A DNA stretch of 62,000 bases, taken from the NCBI RefSeq assembly GCF_004010195.1, contig NC_057719.1, positions 51,963,037 through 52,025,036 of the forward strand, written 5' to 3'. How positions within the stretch are numbered: the stretch's first letter is position 1; each line of letters begins with the position of its first letter. Below are positions 24,341-38,033 of this stretch, piece after piece. Made by a program: the position numbers and the translations under genes. Origin of the DNA: Chiloscyllium plagiosum. Lineage: Eukaryota. The notes under the pieces are model-generated. The model saw only the letters and a list, made by a program, of their open reading frames with translations, was not told where the DNA came from and ran no database searches.

Positions 24341-26394
24341 CAACATCATGATCTTATTTACACTGTGATTTGTTGAAGCTTCAAAGCTAGAACCATTTCT
24401 AGTCTCCCTCCCTTGAAAGATGTAGATATAGTTACGATCTGATCTCAGCATTAAGGATACAACAGCAATATTTTCAGGTTATAAGCACATAAATTGGGAA
24501 ATAAAGTGTGAAATTTAAAGATAAGACTTAAAAATAAGGTAATAAAACTCCTTATTGTAGCAATAAGTTGCAACATTTGTTACATCTCATATTTGACTTT
24601 GATGAGATGTTTTATAGCTGAATGTCAGACCACAAAACATTTATTTGAAATAATTTACTTGAAATATTTTTAGAGATGGAAGACTTAATTTGGTAATTAA
24701 TGTAATTACTATCTTGCAAACAATTACTTTATCTGGCAATTTCAATCCCATTCATATAAAACACAAGTATCTAAATTCACATAGTTGGTATTATATTAAG
24801 AAATGTTCATGAATGAATTCTCTACATGAAGACTGCAGTGATTCAAGAAGACAGCTCACCACCACCACCTTCACAAAGGCATCGAGGGATAGAAAATAAA
24901 TGTTGGTCTAACCAATGCTGCCCACATCCCATGAATGAATAAAATAAATGGCTGAGACTAGGACAATACTTGGGGAAACCCAGTAATGGGGTGACCATGG
25001 ACTGAGATGACTGATGTCTAAGAATTGCAAGTAGCTTCCTTTTGTGCTAGGTATGAAGTCAACTGTGGAGGTTTGATTTGCTGATTTCCATTGACTCCAG
25101 TTTTGTTTGGGTACCTTGAAGCCATGCTCAGTCAAATGCTGTCTTGATGCCAAGAGCAGTCACTCTTACTTCACATCTGGAGAATAGCTCATCTGTCCAT
25201 GTATAGACCAAAAGTGCAATGAGATCTAGGGCTGACTGACCTTCATAGAGCTGAGTCTGAACATCAGTGAGCAGTTTGTTGCTGAACATTGTCAACCATC
25301 CAAATATGACTTTGATGATTGGAGAGATGATTATAACTATCAACTCTGTGGAAGAACCACCAAAGCTGCCAATGGCCTTCCAAAAAAATGGGGCACAGAG
25401 GAAAAAACACAGTTCTAGGTAGTTCATCAAATCCGTTGATATAAGATCTGTGTTCATAACTGATTTCCCATTCTACCAATTTCACAATGGGATACCTATC
25501 AAGTGAGCATTTTGATAGTCAGTTCCAAATGCTGACAAAATGGATTTTGATGGTAATTCCAAATACTCAAGCAAAATGTTTATTTACATAAAGGATGAGC
25601 CCTTAAATGAAATTTTTGTTTTCGTGAGGAATTAGTTGAAGGCGTTTTGATATTTTGGATTTTTCCGCATTAATGAAAACCTCTTTATTAGTGTCATCAT
25701 CAAAACACAGATAACTTTATGTTTTGTCAGCATGCCATCTAAATTATGATGTGATGGCACAGAAAGAAGGAAGACAAAAGTATGGAGGGGTTTGGAATTA
25801 TGAAGGGCTTTTGAGTTAGCGGTAGAGTTCTATAAGGTCGTGGGGATGATTGGGAGCTTAGGTAGTCTGATGGTATATAGGAAATGGATAGATAGCTTAG
25901 CGTAGCATGGGGATACAATGGTCATGGGTGATAGGTTTAAGAACATTCATTGGTATACTACTATAAGAATCATGACAATGTTTGGAAGGGAAGTTATGGG
26001 GCACATGAGGTTTGGTACAGGGCATTAGCTGGCACAGATGGGACAAAAAGAGTAGAGATATTAAAGAGATGAGCTCAAGAGAGATGTGATATATTTAAAT
26101 CTTTAAAACTTCAGATACAGTGTCAGATTACCCAGGTAGGTTTCTGTCCAGTCTGCCCCAGGTTCCAGCAGCCAACCACGTTCTTCTAAATTGTCTAAGC
26201 TTACTCCGAATACACGTTGCACCTGGGGATCGAAAATAGGAAGTGTGTGTCACTATTGTTTGAACCTTTGTATTCGCTGACTGATGATTTCTCTCACTTT
26301 CGCACACCTGAGCAGAGACTGAAAATTAGTGCCTAAAAGGTTAAAGATAGACTGTGTTATGAGTTGAATATTGTTACAAAGAAGGACATGGAAT

Positions 26395-26585
26395 CATAGA
26401 ATTCCTATAGTGTGGAAGCAGGCCATTTGGCTCAACAAATCCACATCGACCCTCTGAAAAGCACCCCAACCAGGCCCACCCCCCTATCCTATCCCTGTAA
26501 ACCTGCATTTCCCCATGTTAATCTGCTTAGCCTGCACATCTGTGGACATTGTGGGCAATTTCGCATGGCCATTGCACCTAAACTG
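26395..26585 (-). mobile_element. V-SINE 3' fragment
   Basis: Similar to the reverse complement of 11960-12130. Confidence 0.75.
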
Positions 26586-27900
26586 AGCATACAAGTATAA
26601 GCATTTAGGCCTTTCTATTCAATGATGCTTCAAACCTATCACAGTTTGAATTTCTTCATTTTTTTAATGGAAAGAATATTGGAAGTGATTTACATTGAAA
26701 AGTTGGGTATGAAAGAATGAATTCACAAAGAAATTTCAACAGCTGCCAAAATATATGTTTTAAAGTCAGGCAAGACAGTTTAGGGATTACAGTTTATTAC
26801 AACAAAGATTGAGTGTTTTGTTTCCAGTTCATTTAAAAAGGATTTTAAACAGTTTGTCATGTTGTCTTTGTGGCCAACAAAGATGACATTCATTGTTGTG
26901 AAGCCAGGCCTGCTAATTTGGCCATGGTCTCAAATGCCTGTAGATGAATGGAGTTTTGGGGAAGGGTGAATTCTGGTTGATAGGACTGCTGAGCATCTTT
27001 GCTCTGATTTTAGACACCAGAATGAACTAAAAATTAAGGAAAACTTGGCTGGGGCTGTGGAATTTTTAAATGAGACTACACACATTCATTGAGAATGCTC
27101 ATCATGAAGCAGAATGCAGGTACTGGTTAGATGCTGGCTATGAAAAAAGAAGAGATCAAAAATCAGCAGACAGCTCATGAAAAAACTTGATTTACTATAT
27201 TTTCAGTTCAGCTAGATTGTTCATATCTGGTCTCAACTCAATAAGTGTTTAGTTTTTTTTGAAAAGATTATTGTAGTACGTATGAAGAATGGTACAAAAG
27301 ACACAATCACCTAGTCAGGTGACAACGATGACTACAGAAGGCTTGTCTACAGAAGTTATATTATTGGATTGTTTAGTATTGGGCAATCTAGATACAATGT
27401 TGAACCTAAAATTACTTTGATGAAGATCAGCAGTGCTGGCTTAAAGGGCAAACTCAAATGTGCACAATATCTGTGCAGAACTCTTCATTATGGAGCAATT
27501 CAAATTCCAATTAGGAAAGGTAAATGGGGCAATTTAATTCATTCCTTCATAGGGCATGTTTGTCATTGCAAGGCTAGAATTTATTGCCTATCCCTAATTA
27601 ACCTAACTGCAGCTACCAAATTCAGACTAGTAGTTCCATTCTAAATGTATATTTAAAAGTCTGGGTGGCTAATTATCCCCAGTAATCTACAGCAAGCCAT
27701 TGAACTCAAATTATCAACTAGCAATGATAATTGCTAATGTGATAACAATCCAAAGAGTTTACTAGAACAGCCAAATGTTCTCGCTCCGTCATTCTGCAGT
27801 ATAATCAATATCCTATTTAGCAGCAGTTAAACACCTTTCAAAATACATAAGACTCACCGACGTAGATTATCAAGGGAATTGAAATGAACAAGGAGTACAA

Positions 27901-28185
27901 TAGATTAGATTCCTTACAGTGTGGAAACAGGACCTTTAGCCCAACAAGTCCACACTGACCCTCCAAAGAGTAACCCACCCAGACCCATTTCCCTCTGACT
28001 AATGCACCAATTTAGCATGGCCAATTCACCTGACCTGCACATCTTTGGACTGCAGGAGGAAATCTGCACAGGCACAGGGAGATTGTGCAAACTCCACACA
28101 GGCAGTCACCCATGGCAGGAATCAAACCTGGGACCCTAGTGCTGTGAGGCAGCAGTGCTAACCACTGAGCCACAGTGCCACCCCA
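27901..28185 (-). mobile_element. HE1-type V-SINE
   Basis: Reverse complement of head GTGGCACTGTGGCTCAGTGGTTAGCACTGCTGCCTCACAGC, plus tail with TCTAA repeats. Confidence 0.9.
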
Positions 28186-29058
28186 TAGCTTCCTTAAAAA
28201 ATCTTACTTGACTAAGAAAAGAAACCTGTTCTTTGATGCTCTTCTAGGTTTGTAATATCTTACTTAATTGTTGTAATCATATCTAATAGAGGCAGGGTAA
28301 AATGTCAGAAATGTACAAACTGTTTAACATGGCAATACACATGAAAGAGAAAATTACTGACAACTAAAATCTATTCTTTTACATACAATGATATCTTTCA
28401 GAGCACATTGTCATCGATAAAATCATTGGATTTAAAAAAAAACTATGTAGCAATTTCCTGCTATCCCTGTAGATGAATTATATACGGTATTCTTGCGTAG
28501 TTGATTGCTACTCCATTTAACAATATTGTTGAAATGAAAGTCAAATTGAACAATGGAAAGAATTATTACAACAAGGATTGTTCACAGAAATGTATAGGAT
28601 CTTTTTTCTGGCCAAGAAATACTTAGCTTTTGTATTTGCTCATAAGATCATTCATTTTAGTTTCTGGGTAATCTGGACTGTGTAAGCATGTATTATTTCA
28701 CTTTCTCTCACTAGTTTGTTTTTTATTCCTATTTACTCATTTGACAGTTTAAATATTTCTGTCATATTACAGACAGTGCAATGGTGTGATATTATAAACT
28801 TCAGAACTTTAATGACTGTTCATGGGCTGAAGGAAACAACAAAGATAAATTGTTATACATGGAAAAAAGCAGCAATACCTCTATGTGGAATAAGCTATTA
28901 AAAGCAAGGACAAACCCATACAGGAATTGAGAGCAATTAACCACTTCTGGAAAAAGGAGTCAAAGCTACATGGCCAAAAATGTTTTGACATCTGCTTGAT
29001 AACTGGCTGCTTTACTGCCACAAGGACAAAGAATTGACTTGCCAAAGAATTGAAGGAG

Positions 29059-29268
29059 ATGGAAATGTGTTGCTGGAAAAGCGCAGCAGGTCAGGCAGCA
29101 TCTAGGGAACAGGAGAATCGACGTTTCGGGCATTAGCCCTTCTTCAGGAAGGGCTAATGCCCGAAACGTCGATTCTCCTGTTCCCTAGATGCTGCCTGAC
29201 CTGCTGCACTTTTCCAGCAACACATTTCCATCTCTGATCTCCAGCATCTGCAGACCTCACTTTCTCCT
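29059..29268. mobile_element. Penelope-terminus near-perfect palindrome (family A)
   Basis: Arms 29056-29142 / 29148-29234 with one mismatch and a 5-nt loop; 16-bp TSD CAAAGAATTGAAGGAG (29043-29058 / 29269-29284). Confidence 0.92.
29112..29150 (-). ncRNA. Minimal type-I hammerhead ribozyme core
   Basis: Minus strand CCTGAAGA-AGGGC-TAAT-GCCC-GAAAC-GTC-GATTCTCC: CUGANGA, stem II, GAAA, GUC cleavage triplet, palindromic ACGU in place of stem III. Confidence 0.7.
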
Positions 29269-29996
29269 CAAAGAATTGAAGGAGTTAACTACAGGAAAGC
29301 TGTGTCTTCAAACAGACAGTCAATGCCAAATGTAACAAAGAGCAAAGAAACTACTTCTGATAGAAGCCTACAGACTTGCAATAATTTGAATGAATGAATT
29401 TAAAGAATCATCAGTAATATCACATCATATACCTGAAGGATGAAAATCTGTATAAAATCTAACTCCTGAATAACTTGGTATTTGATTGTTTCAGTACATT
29501 ATTTTTAATATGATGAACAAACATTAGTAATTAGCCATTTTCCACTATGTTGGTTCATAACCAAGCTGAATCGCTACACCATGAACTATTTTAAAAATGC
29601 ACCATTTCATTACATGGTACAGATATATGTAAACCAATATTCAATAAATGAATCACAGAATAGTGGTTAGTAAATAAATCACAACAGGAATAAACATGTA
29701 TAAAACAAAAATAGAGTAATAAACATGCATTATAATTATATTTCACTCTGCATTTTTAAGATTATCATGTCTTAACAGAACTACAACCAGATGTGAAATA
29801 ATATGAACCCATGCACTGTGTACAAATTACTTCTCCAATTCTAGATGCCATTCCACCAAGAGTGTCCCTTGGATGTTTTTAATATACCTTGATTCTGTGA
29901 CTTTCTGCTGAACCTCAATATATAACCTGTGTATCTTTCTCAAAATCCCTTTTTTTTCCTCCCTTTGTGAAATGTTCATCAAATTGGGATTATTAA

Positions 29997-30267
29997 TGAC
30001 TTATTTTCAAAAATAGGTTGCATAAATGATGAAAGTAAGAAACAGAATAAAATAAATTTAAAACTAGCAATGCAAAATTCCAATCTCCTGGAATAACTCG
30101 ACCAGAAGGTCAATACAAAATCCTAGGAAATGCAGTAAAAAAACATTTTTAGCCATTTATGCTGTTTCTTCAGGACTTCAGCTGATCCAACGTTAAAGCA
30201 CCACCAGTGATATCCAGGCATGGTCCAAATACCCATGTAATGCTGTCATTTTACTGTTAAGCCAGGT
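29997..30267 (-). pseudogene. Decayed segment resembling a death effector domain
   Basis: After the acceptor-like TTTTTACACAG: CLDITGGALTLDQLKS*R...SGRVIPGD...FHHLCNLFLKISH with stops. Weak by-eye match to the DED pattern. Confidence 0.3.
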
Positions 30268-32216
30268 CTGTGTAAAAATCAGTGAATCATTCATTATCCC
30301 ATGCTATTCCTATAAATTGAGTTAACAATCATAATATTTAAGTGGTTTTCTCATTATAATACAGACTATTGGCTTTATAATAAATCAATATGAATGACAG
30401 ACAAACTTCCATTTTATATGCTATGTTCCAGATAAGTCATAAATAATAAATCTTACAGAATGAAAATGTTCATGTAAAATATTAAATATCTTATTCATAT
30501 GTTAATATGAGAAAGAATTTGCACATACATTACTGCATAATTACCAACTTATGTTAGCCTGATGCCATCAGAGATTAAATATACTTTTGTCCTTGAACTG
30601 CCCTGAGGTGCATTGTTCCTTTAGTAGCTATTCAGGAGATGATACCAGCCATAAACAACTCTCAACACATCTCACTGATATCTTTTTGTGTCTTATTTTG
30701 CCAGTGTGATGAGTTTATATACTGAGCTGTTGACTGAGTGATGTCTCTTGGGGAAATGTTACTGGAATTTATGGAGGGCACACAGATATCTCCTACCAGC
30801 AGATCTATAGATTTGTCTCTATGGATTTAAGATACAGAAAATTCCACTTATTTTTCTCTTTTTATGATTAGCCACTGCACACTGCACCAATTTTCTCTAA
30901 GAGTCAATCCTTTTTTAACAGATTACCATTATTATACTGATAACATTTTTTTTATTGTCAAATCCCATGTCCTGTGGTATGAAATGCTTCTGCATGGATC
31001 ATTTATGGATGTTTCATCATTTAACTGCAAATATGAACCATAATCAAAATCTCCACAAAATAGTGGCATTTGAGTAAATTAACCTTTTTTTATATAAAGC
31101 AAAAAATGTCTTTAATGTTTGCGAAATGAAAACACGGAAGCAAACTCCTGCTGTTGTTATTTCACAACATAATTTAGGTTAGAAAGTATGGCGGTTGGAA
31201 GAATACATTGTAATTAAACTGCTTTGTAGTGAAAATGGAATTTATTCATGGTGATCAAAGAATTTTAAGATTACACCATCTAACAATTGAATAGCTTAAT
31301 GTGTAAGTATCAGGTGAGGAGAGGTGAATCGGCTCCCCATTTTTCTCGTTCCCTCTGTTGGTCAGAACAAAATTTGATATTTCTTTACATTTGGCTAAGA
31401 ACTAAATATTGTACAAGTCAAAATTTATGAGGCCAACAACAATGATTTCTTGAGTGAATTAAATTGTAACTTTATTACCTATTAACCTTGGGCAGAATAA
31501 TGCAATGCAACCAGAAATACACAAAGACAGGCATAAAGTTGAAAAAATGTCTAGCACAAAAGGAATATCAGGAATTAGAAGAGTTTAAAAATAGTCCTTC
31601 AAGTCTGTGAGGCATTCAGCTTTAATCTGAGACCAATTTAACTGGTGTCCTGTATTCTCAACAGTGGCAAAAGTTACAGATAACTTTGAATTCCTGGGAA
31701 TGAAATAGTTCTCCAACTTGCTGTATTACTATCTTGAGTTTCTTGAGAGGCTGACAGAAACAATAAGTGAGAGGAAGAGACAGCAAGCATTCAAACGCTG
31801 CTGTTACAAATCCACCTTTCTTCTCTCAATTTCTAATCAAACACTGTTGTTAGTTGAAATACAGCTCCTTTGTGTATACCCAAATCTGGCCTTTTTTTCA
31901 CCAAGATGGATGATCAGTAAGCAACTTCCATTCTAATATGTGAAACTTCCAGGGAGATGCAAATCAAGCAGGAGAACTAGATCTGAAGGAGACAGATATC
32001 AGTCATTTTGATGACATATTAAATTCAGTTCAGACTGGGTCTTGTTCACTGATGATTTCATGAAAAGGCATGAATCATATAAACACTACCTCTAGTAGGA
32101 GTAAAGAGCACATATGTGTAAAGAGGTCAAGTCAAAATTATGCAATGCTTTTCGTTGAGCTATTTCTAACACTTAGACATAATATAAAGGAGATTTTGCT
32201 GAAGCAGCTTGCATAA

Positions 32217-33263
32217 ATAGAACATAGAACATTACAGCGCAGTACAGGCCCTTCAGCCCTTGATGTTGCGCCAACCTATGAAACCAATCAGAAGCCCATC
32301 TAACCTATACTATTTCATTTTCATCTATATGTCTATTCAATGACCATTTAAATGCCCTTAAACTTGGTGAGTCTACTACAGTTGTAGGCAGTATATCCCA
32401 TGCCCCTACTACACTCTAAGTAAAGAAACTACCTCTGACCTTTGTCCTATATCTATCATCCCTCAATTTGTCCCCTTGTGCTCGCCATCACCATCCAAGG
32501 AAAAAGGCTCTCACTGTCCACCCTATCTAACCCCCTGATAATCTTATTTATATGTCTCAATAAACTCACCTCTCAACCTTCTTCTCTCTAATGAGAACAG
32601 CCTTAAATGCCTCAGCCTTTCCTCATAAGACCTTCTCTCCATACCAGGCAACATCCTAGTAAATCTCCTCTGAATCCTTTCCAATGCGTCCACACCCTTC
32701 CTATAATGCGGTAACCAGAACTGTATGTAATACTCGAAGTGTGGTCGCAACAGAGCTTGTACAGCTGCAACATGGCTCAGAAACTCAATCCCTCTATCAA
32801 GAAAAGCTAACACACTGTATGCCTTCTTAACAACCCTATCAACCTGGGTGGCAACTTTCAGGGATATATGTACATGGACACCAGGATCTCTCTGCTTATC
32901 TACACTACCAAGCATCTTATCATTAGCCCAGTACTCTTTATTCCTGTTACTCCTTCCAAAGTGAATCATCTCACACTTTTCCATTTGCCACCTCTTAGTC
33001 CAGCTCTATAGCTTATCTATGTCCCTCTGTAACTTGAAACATCCTTCAGCAATAACCACAACTCCACCAATCTCATATGCAAATTTACTAACCCATCCTT
33101 CTACACCTTCATCCAGGTTATTTATAAAAATGACAAACAGCAGAGGAGCCAAATCAGATCTTTGAGGTATCCCACTAGTAACTGAACTCCAGGATGAACC
33201 TTTCCCATCAACCACCACCCTCTGTCTTCTTTCAGCTAGCCAATTTCTGATCCAAACCACTAA
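32217..33263 (-). mobile_element. CR1 3' fragment (RT C-terminal half + UTR)
   Basis: ORFs 33006-33362 (WSSVTSGIPQRSDLAPLLFVIFINNLDEG) and 32544-32984. Confidence 0.93.
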
Positions 33264-34019
33264 ATGTCTTATTTGCACCTCCTTAGGTCTAAAAATGAAT
33301 GAAATCCAGCAATTTACATTCCATTCCTGGTCATCACAGTTCATTGATTCTTGAAGCTCCATCCCATGAAATAAATTCTCTCCATTGAGCTTAAGTTTTG
33401 ATTAAATTATTGATTAAATTTTGTTTCAAATTAAGATATTTCCAATCTCCACATATCTATCTAAACTGTAACTCAGGTTTGTTCTTGTTACTAATAATAA
33501 TGGTTTTCCTCAACTGTGGCGTGGAGCCAATTCACAGTATATAAAAATGCAAAAAGCCACTAGTGTCATCTGGATAGGTATAGGTGGCCACCTTTACCCG
33601 CCATCTTGAACTTTGTCAGCCACTTTCCTTTCATAGTCACAATTGGCATTCATTATGGCCATCTTCAGTCATTTTCTTTAAGCTATTTTATTCAATGCAC
33701 ATACCACATATTAAAATTAAATGATGGGAATTGATCATCAATTTTTTTTACTATTATCATAAAAACTTATTTTCAATAAATGTAACTTGATATGCTTAAG
33801 ATTAATGATCCTTTTAATCCTTTATCATTTTTTCATATTACAATTCATCTTAGTAAAATAATATCCACCAAAGGTTCTGTTTAAATCCATATAAAATGAT
33901 TGCAGCACAAAGACATTTTGGTTGTATTCTTCCCTTCTCTGTTAATATTCCTATTCTTGGTGCTGTCGTGGAAATTAAATTGACTCGACTCAAATGTTAG
34001 CAAGAGCAAAGAAAAAGTT

Positions 34020-34470
34020 TATTTTTGGACTCTGCAGTGTCGACCCAATACATTGGCAAGACGCCTCATGTAAGGGGCACCTGATGGCTTTCACATATTC
34101 CCTTTATACTATACTTTTCTTCTCCTTATCAACTTCTCAAGGCCAGGAGCCTGAAGCACTCAAGTTCTTTTCCACATATGGAGTTGTTTTTCTCATTTCT
34201 TGACTGTTGATATGATAATTTATTGTCCTTGTAATCCCTTATTGCCGGTTCACCTTTACATTTTTTCTGTCTGTCTGCAATGCTTTGCAAAGTCAGGCCC
34301 TTACTTCTTTGTTTCAACCATGCTTTTATAGAATTCACAATAAATGTTAATTTTCCATTACAGTGCTCAGTCATATCTGATTTTGTTGAATCTTATTTTG
34401 ATATTCAATTGTCTACTAATTATATAGATGATGATACTCAATTATGATATAAGTATTGTATAGAGGCAGG
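34020..34470 (-). pseudogene. Decayed segment resembling one or two death domains
   Basis: ISRQLNIKIRFNKIRYD, frameshift, then KLTFIVNSIKAWLKQRSKGLTLQSIADRQKKC; followed by KELECFRLLALRS**GEEKYSIKGICE. Fits the death-domain pattern LARxLG...IxxIxxD...MLxxWxxxxGxxATLxxLxxAL. By eye only. Confidence 0.4.
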
Positions 34471-34489
34471 TTCCAAGTCTATTTAGATC

Positions 34490-35280
34490 CAAATGTGGCA
34501 CCAGGAACCCAAACAAAACTAGAGCTATTAGGAATCGGTGAGAGCTCTCTGCTGATTGAAGTTATGCCTACCACAAAGGGAGATGGTTGTGGTTGTTAGA
34601 TATAGCTGCAGGAGTTCTTCAAGGTAGCTATTTTCTAAGGATCTGCTCAGGCATGTTATTATGCATTTTGAGAACAGGAGGGACTTGAACTACTGAATTA
34701 GAGGTAGGGAGACTACCACAGTGCCACATGAACCCTGTTTCTCAGGCAAGTATCCTATGCTCGGCCATCTTCAGTTACTTCAATAACCTTCCATCCATCT
34801 TAAAGGTCAGAAGTGGAAATGTTCACAATGATGATTACACAATGTTCATCACCATTTGTAAATCCCCAGATACTGAAACAGTCCATGTTCAAACACAACA
34901 AGGTTTGAGAGAACAAGTAGCAAATAAATTTATACCACACAAATGCCTGAAATGATTAGATTAGATTACATTACATTACATTACAGTGTGGAAACAGGCC
35001 CTTCGGCCCAACAAGCTAACCACTGTGCCACCGTGCCGCCCACTCCAACAAGTTGGATGATCTCCAACAAGAGGGAGTCCAAACATCCCCCTTTGATATT
35101 CAATGGGATGAACATTGCTGAATTCGCCACTCTCAATATCCTAGATTTTAATATTTATCAGAAACTGAACTGGACTTACCATATAACTACTGTGGCTAAC
35201 AAAGCAGGTCAAAGGCTAGGAAACCTGTAGCAATAACTCAAACCCTGACGCCCCAAAACCTTTTTGCCATCTACAGGGCA
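34490..35280 (+). mobile_element. LINE RT fragment of second family with internally deleted V-SINE (34955-35041, minus)
   Basis: IFSYFNNLPSILKVRSGNVHNDDYTMF and KLNWTYHITTVANKAGQRLG; SINE head and tail are fused. Confidence 0.75.
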
Positions 35281-35751
35281 ACAGACAGAAATTAGAAATA
35301 ATATCCATCCACACAACTTCACTATCTGAAGAGATCCATATTTCTATGTATGTACGATCAATCATACCAAGCAGTCATAAAACAAAATAAGCTCATGGAA
35401 ATGCTATTGTATTTGACCTTGGTTTTTCAGGACCAAAGTGAGATAATATAGCAATCAGCTATCTTGACCGGTACACCAGTAACTTGACTTATGGACTCAC
35501 ATATGACAGATTGCTGACACTAGTCTCCTATCCATTGTATATTCAAAAAGTGAAGTCAATAAACAGAGTTTTGGCAACTGTCAATTTCATGTCTTCACAT
35601 AAATCTATGTAAACTGCTGACTATGCTCAAGCAGTCCAGCAAGAATCATAGGAATACTTGGTAATGCATAACTTAAATATGGTTGAAAGGAGAAAAATGT
35701 TTAATGAAGGTTTGCGCTCATCAAAACCATTACAAGAATGCCAAAATTCAA

Positions 35752-36160
35752 CTGACGGGCTGAGGAGTGGCAGATGGAGTTCAATTTAGTTAATTGCAAG
35801 GTGCTGCATTTTGGGAAAGCAAATCAGAGCAGGACTTATACACTTAATGGTAAGGTCCTAGGAGTGTTGCTGAACAAAGAGACCTTGGACTGCAGGTTCA
35901 TAGTTGCATGAAAATAGAGTCACAGGTAGATAGGATAATGAAGAAGGCATTTGGTATGCTTTCCTTTATTGGTCAGAGCATTGAGTACAGGAGTTGGGAG
36001 GTCATGTTACAGTTGTACAGGACATTGGTTAGGCCACTTTTGGAATAATGCGTGCAATTCTGTTCTTCTTCCTAACAGAAGGATGTTGTGCAACTTGAAA
36101 GGTTCAGAAAAGATTTACAAGAATGTTTCCAAGGTTGGAGGATTTGAGCTACAGGGAGAG
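35752..36160 (+). mobile_element. CR1 RT C-terminal fragment
   Basis: GGGCTGAGGAGTGGCAGATGGAGTTCAATTTAG...AGGTTCAGAAAAGATTTACAAGAATG. Confidence 0.88.
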
Positions 36161-37583
36161 GGATCAATCTCTGAACAAATGTAAGTAACAGCAACTCACA
36201 GAGAAGAGAAAAGCCTTGAAGCCTTGAAGTGTCCTATCATATAACATGTAACTAATGATCTTATTGCATACAGAAACAAGCAGTGGTAAATATGTTTGTT
36301 TTGTTACAACCAGACCATGAGTGAGGTCTCCCAATTCAATATGGGTCCCGCCAAGGTACCAAACTGTTAACCTCCTGGGTGAGGAGGGATGAGCTGGCTG
36401 CTCATTTTTATTCAACCACACCCTCAATTGGCTGCAACAAGTTTAATTTATAAAGGATTCCTTCCCTTGTGGATACCTTTCTCCCAGACTCAAATGAACT
36501 TATGTTTTAAAAAGTGCCAATTTAACTAGTTTTATTTGAATCAACAAAATGAGTGAATTTATTCATTGCTCCACACAAGACAAAAGAAATATTAATGCAA
36601 CAGACATGCACACAGATTAGAAATAAGAAATGAATCCAAAAAGATAAAAGTTTGAAAAAAATGTTCTCAGTCTCAGAATTGTTCCTGAAAGTCGACATTT
36701 GAATGTTGAGTTCATTGCAGTAGGTGTTACTGGTAGCAGTGATGTTGGTAATTCAACAGCTTTGATCCTAGGTTTTTCAGATTTTTTGAGATTCTGTAAT
36801 TCTGATTTAAAAAAAAACCATGATCGTTCATGATCAATCATAGCAAACATTGGTGAGAAATAATCCTTTTTTAGCCCTGGTTTGTTTTTTTTCCAGTTTG
36901 CAGTACTGGATGAGACAAGAGTCTTCTTTACCTGCAATACAGGAGATGACTGGGGGATAATTTGTTTGCCATGACTTTCACCATGCATTAATGCTTGATC
37001 CTAGGCTGGTGCACATGAATATTTTCTGAACCATGAACACACACTCCAGGAAAATTGAAACCTGCCATCAGGGGATGGCTTGCTGATGACCGGGGAATTG
37101 TCAGTCCTTCAGTATCCTTGTAGTCACAAGAGATCACAGTCTCATCTGTTGTGACTTACCTCTTCTCTCCTCTTGAAGGGCCATTGCTTGAAGTTTTCTT
37201 CATATCTGTGGGCGTGACAATCAATGAATCTCTCCAGACAGTCACTTAATTTACATCCAGAGCTATTTTTGGCTGTATCAAGCCACTTTTAAAGAACACA
37301 TTTTGGGAATTACAAATTAAAAATGACCACAGTACTTTGGGGTTCTGGTCTATGGCCATGACAGGATAGACAATTTTTAATAGAAGGATTCGATACATAT
37401 TCTGAACATGAAATGTGGTACTGTTATTATTTTCATTGGACAATGATAGTTCTTTGGAATAAATGTAGGCAGTTTTGCCTGACGATAGACAAAGGTTTTC
37501 TTCCTTTCAGTGGAGCCATTGCACATAAACACAATGCTTCTTAATGTTAGATTGGCTTATGTTTGATCAATTCTTCGAAAAGT

Positions 37584-38033
37584 CTCCATCGCCAGACCAT
37601 GGCAACACGACGCCTGGCGGAAGACCACCTCATCTTCCACCTAGGAACCCTCCAACCACAAGGGATGAATGCAGATTTCTCTAGCTTCCTCATTTCCCCT
37701 CCCCCCACCTTATCTCAGTCCCAACCCTCGGACTCAGCACCGCCTTCTTGACCTGCAATCTTCTTCCCGACCTCTCCGCCCCACCCCCTCTCCGGCCTAT
37801 CACCCTCACCTTAACCTCCTTCCACCTATCGCATTCCCAACGCCCCTCTCACAAGTCCCTCCTCCCTACATTTTATCTTAACCTGCTTGACACACCCTCC
37901 TCATTCCTGAAGAAGGGCTTATGCCCGAAACATCGATTGTCCTGCTCCTTGGATGCTGCCTGACCTGCTGTGTTTTTCCAGCAACACATTTTTCAGCTCT
38001 GATCTCCAGTATCTGCAGTCCTCACTTTCTCCC
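37584..38033 (+). mobile_element. 5'-truncated Penelope element (ORF C-terminus + terminal repeat with hammerhead core)
   Basis: RRLAEDHLIFHLGTLQPQGMNADF (GIY-YIG C-terminal EXXLI..LGTL.P.G.N motif); CTGAAGA(37907-37913)...GAAA(37927-37930); 12-bp TSD TCTT[C/T]GAAAAGT (37572-37583 / 38034-38045). Confidence 0.88.

Noticed and set aside
25264..25500. Ulp1-like protease motif (VFFPLCPIFLEGHWQLWW...DSY) or a cGLR GS motif (GGSSTE) in another frame
   Set aside because: The readings in different frames conflict and both are short; I cannot choose without a search.
36302..37218. Solo LTR with TG...CA ends
   Set aside because: Plausible, but I found no matching TSD or internal sequence, so it is not listed as a separate feature.
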